Shown here: in pieces, positions 1 through 10,979 of the stretch | How positions within the stretch are numbered: position 1 is the first letter of the stretch | How the letters are laid out: each line of letters begins with the position of its first letter | NCBI RefSeq assembly: GCF_052425735.1 | Contig: NC_135766.1 | Coordinates: forward strand, 310,001 to 374,000 | Reading direction: 5' to 3' | Source: Oculina patagonica | Lineage: Eukaryota | Length of the DNA stretch: 64,000 nucleotides | Notes under the pieces: model-generated | What the model was told of the DNA's origin: nothing | Databases searched by the model: none | What the model saw: only the letters and a program-made list of their open reading frames with translations | Translations under genes and position numbers: made by a program

Positions 1-2129
1 CCGGAGTAGCGGGACAACGCGTACAGCAATAGTTTACTCGGTATTTTAAAACATTTTTATGTGTTTTTCTTTTTCGCTTGCTTATCCGTTTGTTTATCCC
101 GTAGTGTGTTTTATATCTACGTAGTTCTGTTTATAGCAATTTATTACCATATGTGTTACGGCTGTAGTAGCTTACGTTCGCTCGTGTGTCGAGCAAAGAT
201 TGGCAAACGCCGTGTGTCGGCTGTAGTAGCTAAAACGTTCGCTTGTGTGTCGAGCAGAGATTGGTAGACGCCGGCGCCGTGTGTCGGCTGCCCGGTCGGC
301 TGTACTAGCTATAAAACGTTCGCTCGTGTGTCGTGCAGAGATTGGTAGTCGCCGTGTGTCGGCTGTAGTAGCTAAAACGTTCGCTCGTGTTTCGAGCAGG
401 CACTGGCAGACGCCGGGTGTCGGCTGGTAATAGCTTAACCGTTTGCTCGTGTGTCGAGCAGAGACTGGCAGAGGCCGTATGTCGGCTGCAGCTAAAACGT
501 TCGCTCGTGTGTCGAGCTGAAATTTGCAGATGCCGTGTGTCGTGTGTCGAGCAGAAACTGTCAGATGCGTTTGTCGGCTGTAGCTAAAACGTTCGCTCGT
601 GTGTCGAGCAGAAATTGTCAGATGCCGTGTGTCGGCTTTACGTTGCTCAATGTTTGCTCTTGCGTTTAGCACAATTTGTTACACGCCGTGTCGGTTTTAG
701 TCTAAAGGTTGGCTCGTGGGTCGAGCTTAGTTGGCAGGAGCCTTGTGTCGGTTTTGTTTAAAGTTTGAACTGTGTATTGTGGGTATTTGGCAACAATCAT
801 GTATCGACCATTCCGGGGGGGGGGGGGGGGGCACCCTGTATTTTAACTGCTAGTGTGCTAAGTGTTTCGTTATGGTATATCTGGCTGGAATTGTTTTGCT
901 TGCATGTCAAGAAAATCAAGTAGTTGCCGATTGATGGACATTTGTTTCAGAGCTTACTGGTGTCAGTAATAGTGTTAATGAGCTTAGGTTTAAAGTGTTT
1001 ACGAGTTGGTTACGTAAGGTTTGTTACGTAACCCATCCCAGTGCGGAACTTTATTGGACAGGTATCACGCATGTTTGTTTTATGGATCTGTGTATCTCTG
1101 TAGGTTCAGTGTTTAAATTTTCAAAGCTCGCCGGTTGGCCGTTTTCATCCACAGAGTTTAATGTTTTATCCACGTTTAGACACGAACAACGTGGGATATA
1201 TGGAAGTGATGTTTATCCTTTATTTTTCCCCAAGCTAGAAGTTTTAAAATTAAAATTCAAAATATTATAAAAAAAATAATTTTAAACAGTCCACCCCCTC
1301 CACTGGCCATGTCGCGATCAGAAGGGTAATCTCAGTTACGCCCTATAATCCGTTTACGACGGATTCCTGGTCCGGCTTGGCTAGTAGGGTTTTTTCCCTT
1401 TTGTTCATTTTTCGTTTGTTGTCTTACGTTTTCCTTTCTGTAACAACAATGGTTTTAATCTGCCCGCCTTAGGTATTGGCGATTTCTTGAAGGAGTTTTT
1501 TCTTGAATCTCCTACTCTCATTATAAGCCACGATCGAAATACATGCTATGGTGTAGGGAAGTAACCCCACTAGCCTGGCCGGGCCTCTCGCATACCGGTT
1601 GGGGTTTGAGGGGATTTTTGAGTTTTGGGGAGAAGGTGTATTTTTGGGGTACTCTTTCCTATAAATGTGAAGATCTTTTGAGTTTGTACTGAAGCAGCAA
1701 GGTGCGTGAGCAGCCGAAGGCCACAATCTTTCCCCATACCTTATCAACGCCGGACAATGAGCGGCATAATTAATGAGTGAGAATGGTATACTATTCTCAT
1801 TCATAATTATGACGCGGAATTCAGAAGTGCGTGGATTACATAACCCCATTTGTTTATAGATAGTTGTGTTAGGTAATGCTTAATCACCACGTGCACAATC
1901 GCCGTATTTAAAGATCCCTTTGCTTAGTTTCGGGGCATTTCGAAAGAGATACGCAAGCCGGGAAGTCCGGGCGAATTTTCGACCCTCCCACCTCCCCTTC
2001 GGCGACGTAATAGACAACTATAGTGCTTTCTCACCCTGTCACTCATTGCCTCGGCCACAATCTTTCCCCATACCTTATCCACGCCGGACAATGAGCGGCA
2101 TAATTAATGAGTGAGAATGGTATACTATT
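1..2129 (+). mobile_element. Right end of a degenerate Ngaro/DIRS-like (tyrosine-recombinase) element with split direct repeats
   Basis: 77-bp direct repeat at 1719-1795 and 2053-2129 (1 mismatch); palindromic junction at 1760-1816; host homology resumes at a CTATT microhomology at 2125-2130. No intact RT or recombinase ORF; the left limit is not visible. Confidence 0.45.
170..760. repeat. Tandem minisatellite, ~60-65-bp unit, ~9 copies degrading rightwards
   Basis: Recurrent GCTAAAACGTTCGCTCGTGTGTCGAGCAGAGATTGGCAGACGCCGTGTGTCGGCTGTAGTA; explains the repetitive ORFs at 172-672 and 245-430. Confidence 0.85.
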
Positions 2130-2668
2130 TGCGACTGTCACGCAATCTGGTCACTACATCGATCATGTTATAAGCAATAATACCATGGGGTAACCATTGC
2201 GTGTCAAAGCCTTCTTAAAGTTGACTGGAGCAAAGAAGGCGACGAACAGATGCAAAGACAGCGATAAGTAAGTGTGCGGATGAGATTGATCTTGTACTTG
2301 CGAGGTGTGAAGGAGTCCCATTTAGTGTAGAGGTTGGTGAACGTTGTCTTTCACACTTTACAAGTACAAGAAAGAAAATGACTTTCTTCTTCTAGCCTGA
2401 AACTGATTTGAAAGCAGAAAGTACTAGTCGTATTCAAACTCATTTATTTGCGATTAGTTGTAAGGACAGTACAATATTTCAGACGGCCACTAAATTAGTC
2501 TAAATTTACGTTTCCTCTGTTAAAGCGTAAAGCATTGTTCTTAAAGGCTTTTTAATCCAACCAATATCCATCCAACAGAAAAAAAATTAAAGATTTATCC
2601 CAACACAACCAGAACAAACGGTTATATATTAACTGTCTTAGCCAAACACGTTAGAAAAGTGTTCTATT

Positions 2669-2933
2669 TTATTTATTTTTTTTTTTTTCAAAATAAATTT
2701 AATAACTATTGTAGAACCTTAAAGATTAATAACCCTTTCTCAAATTAAATTAATCGTTAGAGATGGAGATGTACTGTACATAGTGTATTTAAAATTGCTT
2801 GATAGTGCATTGGAGAATTGTTATACTGTACTTAATTTTCCGGTTTTTTTCTCTCTTTGTCTGTTGTATATCGTTCTAGTTTTACTTGTGCTGTACTTGT
2901 AACATTTAATTTTATTTGAATAAATTATTAAAA
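2669..2933 (+). mobile_element. 5'-truncated non-LTR retroposon 3' end
   Basis: 14-bp TSD AAAAGTGTTCTATT (2655-2668, 2934-2947); AATAAA plus A-tail; absent from paralogous sites near 13395, 33315 and 45265. Confidence 0.75.
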
Positions 2934-3178
2934 AAAAGTGTTCTATTATTGCAACACTTCAATCCAACCAACTAAAACTGGATCCGATAAAAAAGATTGT
3001 ACCCAAGAAAACAAGATTTTACAGACTCTCGACCCACTCTTCACGCTATTATTAAATTTGAAACCTACTCACATTTAAATGGTCGCTAGCGGTATAACTT
3101 TATCTAGTAATGCTATTACTTTTGGTGGCTATTGTCCCCGTTTGATCATGGCCTATTTAGATCTTATTCAAGTTAAAA

Positions 3179-3555
3179 CACAGGCGGCCCAAGTTCACTG
3201 CGGGAATTAATTATTTATAAAGTGTAAGCGAACGTGACTCTTGGCTTCGAGCGGTGTTGTGTTACAAAGATGCGATTTAAAAGGGTTTGTATGGGAACTT
3301 AGCGATTTTGATTCAAAAGGTATGAAATTAAATATTTTACGAACACAACATGGAAACAAGGTAAGACGATTTTATTCGTAAAATATTTAATTAATTTTAT
3401 ACCTTTTGAATCAAAATCGCTAAGGTCCCATACAAACCCTTATAAATCGCATCTTTGTAACACAACACGTACCGCTCAAAGCCAAGAGTCACGTTCGCTT
3501 ACACTTTATAAATAATTAATTCATGAGATCACGCAGTGAACTTGGGCCGCCTGTG
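3179..3555. mobile_element. Near-palindromic MITE (CACAGGCGGCCC termini)
   Basis: Long inverted arms; GTTAAAA duplicated on both sides; same insertion at 13640-14008; empty sites near 33085 and 44610. Confidence 0.85.
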
Positions 3556-4067
3556 GTTAAAACAAGTAATGTAATATCAGTTGTATCAGATATAATGAAC
3601 TTCATAACGGTGAAAAAAAAAAAAACATAAATACATGTAAAACGTTTTAAGAACTAGATTAAAGAAATCTAGTAGAGATCCATTGATACAAACTATACAG
3701 CCAAAACGCAAGCAGCTAAGAATTTACACTCAGAACCCGGTTATACGGGCAACATATTTTTTGTCCTAAGACATTGTTGTATTTCATGTTGTAAAGTGTT
3801 GTTGCGCTTAACACCTTTAGTATTGCACGCTGCGATAACGCGTTGTGTGTTGTAGACATGAGTTCATGCAACATGTTACCACAACTTGCAACACTTAACA
3901 ACCTGCAGTGCAACAGTGTTGTGTGACGAGTCAAATGATATATTTTTTTCTGTATTACGTATGCAGAGCCCAGAGGTTGTTTTGAAGTTATGTTAATTAA
4001 GTTTTCTTTAACGTCTGTCTGGCCTTTATGGTGTAAACCAGAATGTCACCAAGCGTTTATATACACC

Positions 4068-6355
4068 TCAAATGGCCACGGGATTCTATTGAAGGCAAAA
4101 ATAAAAACATAAGTCTACTTTAGTTATAGTTTACGTTAACGGTTACAAAAAAAAAACCGCTGAAGGATGGATAAAGCTATTGAGCGGGAAGTGGTAGTAG
4201 GCAATTAGTACGTAATTTTTTTTTCTAAATAAGGTTTTTCTTTGTATCGCTAACAAACAGCTATGAAATAGAAACCAAAAACAAACTACGCTGAGTGTAT
4301 CTATAAAAAAAAGCGTTTCAAAAAAATGCTATTTCGTAAGCAAAGTTTCATTACGAGCGTCTTACAAGCTCGGAAACCCAGGGGCAGTTAGTGTGGGTGG
4401 GGAAACGCGAAACTGCGAGGAAAACGTTTGGCATAATTATAAAAGTTGGAGCGATGGAAAGGTGCCCCTGGGGACCAGGCCAGTTTTAAACAGCTCTCTG
4501 AATGCTGCCTCCTGATTGGACAATGATGACGTAACGACATCATCCCACGTGACGTTACCAAAAGATAGATGTTCGAACATACTATACATTCTATAAGTTT
4601 CATTGTGATTGGTTTTAAAGCCGGCTGGCTTCTAAAGCTGCCCCCCCCCCCCCTCCCCAGACAGAAGGTCCAAAATGCCTGGTCTGAATAGGGTTGGGGG
4701 AGTCTACTAATACGGTAGAACCCCGGTAACTCGAACCCTGACAGGAAACGAAAAGCAGTTCGAGTTAGCGGGGTTTCGAGTTATCGGGGTCGATTGAATA
4801 TTTAATATGCCAAGTTAATAACTGATAGTTTACTGATTTTTCAACTCTACCTGTGGAGGTTGGTAAACTGTGCGTGGCGGTCATGTTTCCAGGTGCTGCA
4901 ACTTCAACTAGGTGAGATTGAGTACCAACTCCTCCTGAAACGGGTATAACGACCATTTGAGGTTGGCCTGCCTGTGCCCCTGGTGTGACAGTTTGCATTG
5001 CAACCATGCCACCACCTGCTTGCAATGGAACGGCCGCAGGGACACCAACAGGGAATGGAGTCATGGCATAACCAGGATTGGCAGTATACATCATTTGTCC
5101 CTGAGGAGAAAAAAAATGTTTGTGCATTGATCGATATTGCATCGAGAAATTTGTGCGCAATAATTTTATTAACAATAATAATAGACTGTTAGCATTTTTT
5201 TTTTTCTACAAGAAGGAGGCTATCATCAAACATGTTGATGTTGGACATGTATTACATCTAATAAAAAAAGAAACAAAAACAAACAAACACATCAATCAAT
5301 CAAGCAATACATCCATCCATCAATCAATCAATCAATCAATTAAAATAATAAAAATGTTTTTATTCTTAATAAGAATCACCATCGGCCATTTGATAGATAA
5401 ATTTTGTGTGTGACCATTCACTTTAATGGCCTACGTGACGCTCACCTGTTGTGGAGGAGTGCCATAGCAACACGTGCAAGGTTTCATCAGACAAAGACAC
5501 ACGGTCGCCCAGATTCCAGTGGCAAACTCAATAATGCCAAGCACCAAAATAACCGCACATAGAGCAATTTCCGTGTCGTATCTGTTGTCCCTGTCATTGT
5601 AGTAATAGTCCTCTGTAGGACCGTAACGGCGTCTCCAGTAGGCCTCAGTGGGACTGTAACGGCGTCTCCAGTACGACTCTGTACCGTATTCGTAGTTACG
5701 GCGCCGGTAGTAATCATTGTTGTAGTAGTTATACTCGCTGTCTTGATATGTAGCAATTCCTATGCTATAGATGATGATGATTGCTCCGCCAAATACAGCT
5801 GAGGTGATGGAGAAACCCATGAACACACCAGCCTTAACGAAAAGAGTAAACATTCATATTTTTTGCAATGATAAGCACCACAACAAAGCTCCGAAGCTTG
5901 TCTACATTGCACTTTTCACTGGGCAAAGTTATTTGGTATGAGGTATAACTTCAAGAAAACCCGAAATGGAAATAGCGCTAGATTAAAAAAGAAATGAGAT
6001 GTTTGATGCCTTGGTTTAAATGTTTTTCAAGCTTAAAGAGTTTGTGTGAAGAAAGATACTGGAGATCAAAACGAACTTATAACACACGAACTTTGGACTC
6101 TGAAAGTGCTATATATGGCTATTCAGAGAAGCAATAATTATCAAAATGACGTAATGATGTCCGTTTAGTCTCAATTAAGAATCACCTTCATCTGAAACTT
6201 CATACATTTAAAAATACTTCATTTTCAATATAAAAATGAATTTATACCAAAATTTGCATAGAGCTTTATTTTATTTACTTTTAATCTTTTTTTTACGTAC
6301 GCTTTTTTGTTTAATTTTATTTTTATCAGTTTTCTTTTATTATTATTACCGTATT

Positions 6356-6387
<32 letters not shown>

Positions 6388-9300
6388 GAATATGCGAAAA
6401 GAATAGCTTTGCAGCAGTTCTGGTTTTATAATTTTGTACACAGGTGTGTACTTTTCAGGCCATGGATGAGAACCTAGTTTGTGTAAGTCTTATACCTAAT
6501 CGTACCTTTTTGGTACGCTTCGGCGGCATATCAGGCGAGTTTGGTCGAGCCATGGTTCGTATTTTGGCGAGTTTGGTCGAGCCAAAATACCCATGGCGAG
6601 ACCAAACGAGCCTGATATGCAGCCGAAGCGTACCAAAAAGGTACGATTAGGTATTTACCGTACCCAAATTTAGCCAAAAATCCGGTTATATTTATCTCTC
6701 TGTTGAAGCCATGCTTGCAAGGTACGTACTGCAAATGTTTTGACTGGTCTTCATTGCCTTTTTTGTCCACTCGATTGTTTAGAGCAGTTCATTCTCTAAA
6801 TTTTCAAAATCAAAATTAAGCGAAAATTTTGGAAATTCCAACTCCTTTTTTGTTAGTCTGAATGTCTCAGTACTCGTCAGCAAACATCGCGCAATTGGCG
6901 AGCGCGCTCAAGTTTAGTTTTGGCGGGAAAGATTTTCTATTTTTACGACCGCTAAACACCGCTAAATTTAAATTAAGAAGTTCTGTTTTATTGGTTAAAC
7001 CTCTTTTCAATTCAACGTACAGTAACACTACTTTACTTCAAAGTGACCGTGATATGGTGGCATATCAGTTCAGTGACTTGATATCGTAGGATATCAGGAC
7101 AGTAGATCGCGCTTCTGATTGGCTACTTGCGAATTTGGGTACGGTAATAATGCGTTATGCACCTGGGGTGGTACAATATGTTTTTCACTTTTCTGTATCT
7201 CGAACGACTTTGAACTCATAGGTTCCGAAGTTTGTTCGGAATTTCCGAAGTTGGCGACAAACTTGACAATTTGATTACGTAGTTGCAAATCAAGTTTCGA
7301 ACTTCGCAGCGAAGTTCGAAATTCCAACGTGAACTTCGCAACGTAGTTCGGAAACTTAAGTTTGCAGAAGCGGAGGTACAATTATGAATTCTTTCACCCG
7401 GGAAAGTAAAGCTTTACCAAATAATGTGAGGGAAAAAATGTAGATGACTGGTTACAAGGTAAAGGGCCAACAGAAATCGGAAAAGAGCTGAAACTCGACA
7501 AGCAGACCATTTCTAGTATTGTTGACAACTTCGTTCGCAAAGGACATGTCGAGCCGAGAAAGGAAGGAAACAAAATACGCTCCGCTCGAACTGATGATGT
7601 TAACTACTACGTAGGGTACTGCAAGCAAATACAACCCGTATTTATGGTAGCGAGATCCAAAGGAATTGGTGGAAAATAACATATGTTTACTGCAAAATGT
7701 TTCGTCACGTTCAGCAATTGGTGACCACGTGCAAACTTGTACATGTCAAACTTCCTCTGCGTGTTTCTGTAGCCGACAAAGTTTCGTTTTCATGTACTTC
7801 CTTCCTTTGTTCTTTGGTTCTCGTCGGTGACAGCGATTCATCCTTAAATAAATCGACATTATATATAAGAAGAGCTTTCGCTCCCAGCACGAGATCTTTC
7901 GAAAACATGCAGTCGATTTGTTTTGATGTCGGCAACATTAGTTGAAGCCTTGAGGCGAACTGGTTGGCTACTAGAGTTTGAAAAATGTATTTTATCGTAG
8001 GTTTTGTGGTGTAGTTTGTCCCTAAACAGCGACATCTAATTTTCTAAATCGGTCATAACTTTGGATAATCGTAGCAAAGTTCGCAACGAAGTTCCGAACT
8101 TCGTGGCGAAGTTCGTAACAAGATTGGTAACTACGTGATCAAATTGCCAAGTTCGTCGCCAACTTCGGAAGTCCCAAACAAACTTCGGAACGCGTTCGTC
8201 AAAAGTTTTGTAAACCCTCTGTAAGCTTTGCCTTTGTTTCTCAACGTAGATATCTTACCAAAACCATACAGTTGATCTAACTACAAAACAGAACCAAAAA
8301 TCACAGGGCGTGCTGACCAAGAATATTTCACAATTAACTGCATCAACTTACAAGTGCATTGCGGGAAGTAGTTCGTTTCTTGCGAGTGCCAGGGATACCC
8401 AGTCCTCCTGCGATGCACATCTGAAATAGAACAAAGCCATTACATCAAGGAGGTTAATGTGTGTTGCTTGATTTTCATGACACAAGCTACCGACGAACAT
8501 TATAAACTTTTGCACATTTATGTTGAATCACGTTCGTCGTATCACGTTCGTCGTCGACACGAATGAAAGAGTTAACCTTTAAATCTGTCGCAAAATAATA
8601 ACAGAAATTTAAAAACACCGCAAGTTTGCATTTAATTCAAACTTGACTTTACGAAAAGCTCGCCAATTCAATAAACTCGCCCTTGTAAAAGCGATCTGAT
8701 AATTAAATTGGAAACAAAATAATACTAGTTTAATCCGTACGTCTAAACAGATCAATAAGCCCGATTTAAGTGGCAGCTAGCGCTAGAGATTCATGTCAGT
8801 GTCTTTCTAATACGTCTATTACAAACAGTGGAAGCCGGCTCCCGTTAAACTGTATTGTTATTTTATTTTTCACTTAACGATCTCATCTAGCTTTTACAGG
8901 ACTCGTTGAAATTTCTTTTTTCTTTCTTTCGTTTTCATTTTTTTTATGGAATTGATTAACGAGTATCTCAGCTATTGTCAGTATTGTTACGGACCACTAG
9001 GTAGGTCTGTTCATGAATAATTATTCGATTGTGCATAAAAATACGACAGATTACATGTACTTAGCAGATGTTATAAAAAAAATAAAAACAAATGCCACAC
9101 AACTGATTTGACGGACCAAATTTTATGACCAAGTGTTTAAAGGCCTGCTGAGCTTGGAAAAGGTTGAAAATCTGTTTCGTTTGCAGAAATTAACTGACCA
9201 AATTGTACATGTGTAAGGTATAAAATAAAATATCCATGTTCGAAATGCTCGCCAAGTGATATTCTCAGACTATACGACTTTGATGAGAATTGGTTTTGAA

Positions 9301-10002
9301 ATAATGATCCCTTCACTTTGTATTTCTTTAACAGAACAAAAGCCTGGCTTAAGCGACTGATCTATAGCACTCGTAATAAAATGTCTGCGTGTTTTTTGTC
9401 ATGACATCCCAAACCGGAAAAAGCGACATTTCTTGTCAGTCGCACTACGCATTTCTACTTCACGTCGCTAACTTATGCGTACTCATCATGATATCAAGTC
9501 TTTACAGGTTGAAAATGTCTTGTAAAGATTTTAAACAAACTTATGAGATCGATGGGTTTTTCGTGTACCACTTTGTATAGGTTATATGTTACATAATTTT
9601 ACAGACAGATTAGTAAATGTGCCCTACAACGTATAACCAGGTAGCGTCTATTGTATCATGCCTCGTTTTCGACGTGTTCGATGTTACTTTAACACTGCAC
9701 CAGCCATGCCAATAAATCATTGTCTTATAGCTAAGAACTGACCCAAAAACTCTTTACTTGTCAACTTGAAACAAATATATGAACACACTCTTCGAATGAA
9801 AACTTGTCGATATATTTTTGCTATGATCGCAAGCACAACTCACCCAAACTCCCATCCAAATGCCGTAACATCCATATCCTGTCCAGTAGTATTGTAGAGC
9901 ACGGTCTGCGATTCCGAAGCAGATGAGTATAGATCCAACGACGATGTGTACGATAGCAAGAACCCTCGCCATGTTGGCGACCTTCGCTGAATTTACCGCC
10001 AT
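4068..10002 (-). CDS. MS4A/CD20-like tetraspan membrane protein, copy A (C-terminus disrupted)
   Basis: Exons 10002-9844, 8420-8352, 5832-5446, 5100-~4850 and orphaned exon 5 at 4085-4068 (NPVAI*); GT-AG, phase 0. Exon 4 has a 4-bp insertion near 4871 and an ~0.5-kb deletion removing its donor; the frame then runs into MITE sequence and stops at 4765. Confidence 0.8.
6490..7147 (-). mobile_element. Composite non-autonomous element: 160-bp palindrome plus Crypton-like segment
   Basis: Palindrome TACCTAATCGTACC...GGTACGATTAGGTA (6493-6653) abuts a segment with inverted ends TTACCGTACCCAAATT (6655-7147); same composite in opposite orientation at 24642-25325; empty site near 27500. Confidence 0.65.
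7222..8191 (+). mobile_element. TIR element relic with frameshifted paired-domain-like HTH (Tc1/mariner-IS630-type N-terminus)
   Basis: Imperfect >100-bp TIRs (GTTCCGAAGTTTGTT...AACAAACTTCGGAAC); 7405-7733 reads, with frameshifts, SKALPNNVREK-VDDWLQGKGPTEIGKELKLDKQTISSIVDNFVRKGHVEP...EIQ-ELVENNICLLQNVSSRSAI. Confidence 0.65.
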
Positions 10003-10547
10003 GTTAACTGACAAGCACTGACAAGCACTTTGAACAATAAACTTCCTTGTCAACAACACAATTTGCATTCTAATTAGATGGAGACATGACAAATGCGAAT
10101 TTGCACGTTTTCTTTTTTTCAGATATGTGAAAACAAGTCAATTTTAGTCATGCTAGAGTTTAGAAGAATTTTCAAAACTCAAAGCAATGCACCTGAGAGG
10201 AAAAAAAAATATTCACGCGCAAAAGTACAAACTTGTACATTTTCTCTAGGCCAATATACGAAATTCTAGTGAATACCCAGACCACCTTTCGGCCTTTTGT
10301 CGCCTGCACTTTCGTGTTTTTTCCCCCGACAACTTTTCTCAAATCACCTGTGTAGTACGAACGCAGACGACTTTCGTCGAACTATTTAATTTCCAGCTGG
10401 GAAAGGGGAATATATTTATCTTGTTCGTCCGCTAATTTCTTCTTGAAACCAGGACAGCATAGATTGTTGTGTTTCACTACCATAACACACCAAATTATTT
10501 TTATGATTAAAAACACTTTGGTCGTAATAAAGAAATAAAGCTGGTCA

Positions 10548-10969
10548 TGCCGTTTTTATTCTATTAACCGCCCTGGGCGCTTATTAATTTTTTTGGATCT
10601 TGAGAGGGAGCGCTTATTCGAGGCTGGGCGCTTATTAAATTTTCACCATTTTTAACAAACTGTAGTAAGTTTATTTTGCAACAAAATAATAAATAATAAC
10701 AACACGAGAAGACATATCAAAGCAGAATTTTAACTGTTCGTTGAAAGTTTCTATAAAATACTAATAAAACTCGGTCTTCCAGGCGTCTCTTAGTAGTACT
10801 TAGTCAATCAATACTCCTACAGGTGTCCTAGGCCTCTTGCGCACTTCAGTTTTTTTCTTGGAGGTAGGGGTGGGCACTTATTCGAGGCTGGGCGCTTATT
10901 AACTTTTCCTACCTACGAAGGGGTGGGCGCTTATTCGAGGTCGGGCGCTTAATCGAATTAAATGCGGTA
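10548..10969. mobile_element. Tc1/pogo-type MITE with repeated GGGCGCTTATTCGAGG motifs
   Basis: Imperfect TIRs (CCG...TTAACCGCCC / GGGCGCTTAATCGAATTAAATGCGGTA) and internal motif repeats. Confidence 0.6.
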
Positions 10970-10979
10970 ATTTGTATAC

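Noticed and set aside
170-760. CRISPR-like array
   Set aside because: Whole units repeat with no unique spacers, there are no cas genes, and the context is eukaryotic.
3716-4603. Short ORFs recurring at 3716/32719 and 4388/32022
   Set aside because: Recurrence reflects recent duplication of intron 4 and 3' flank; the frames are broken in other copies.
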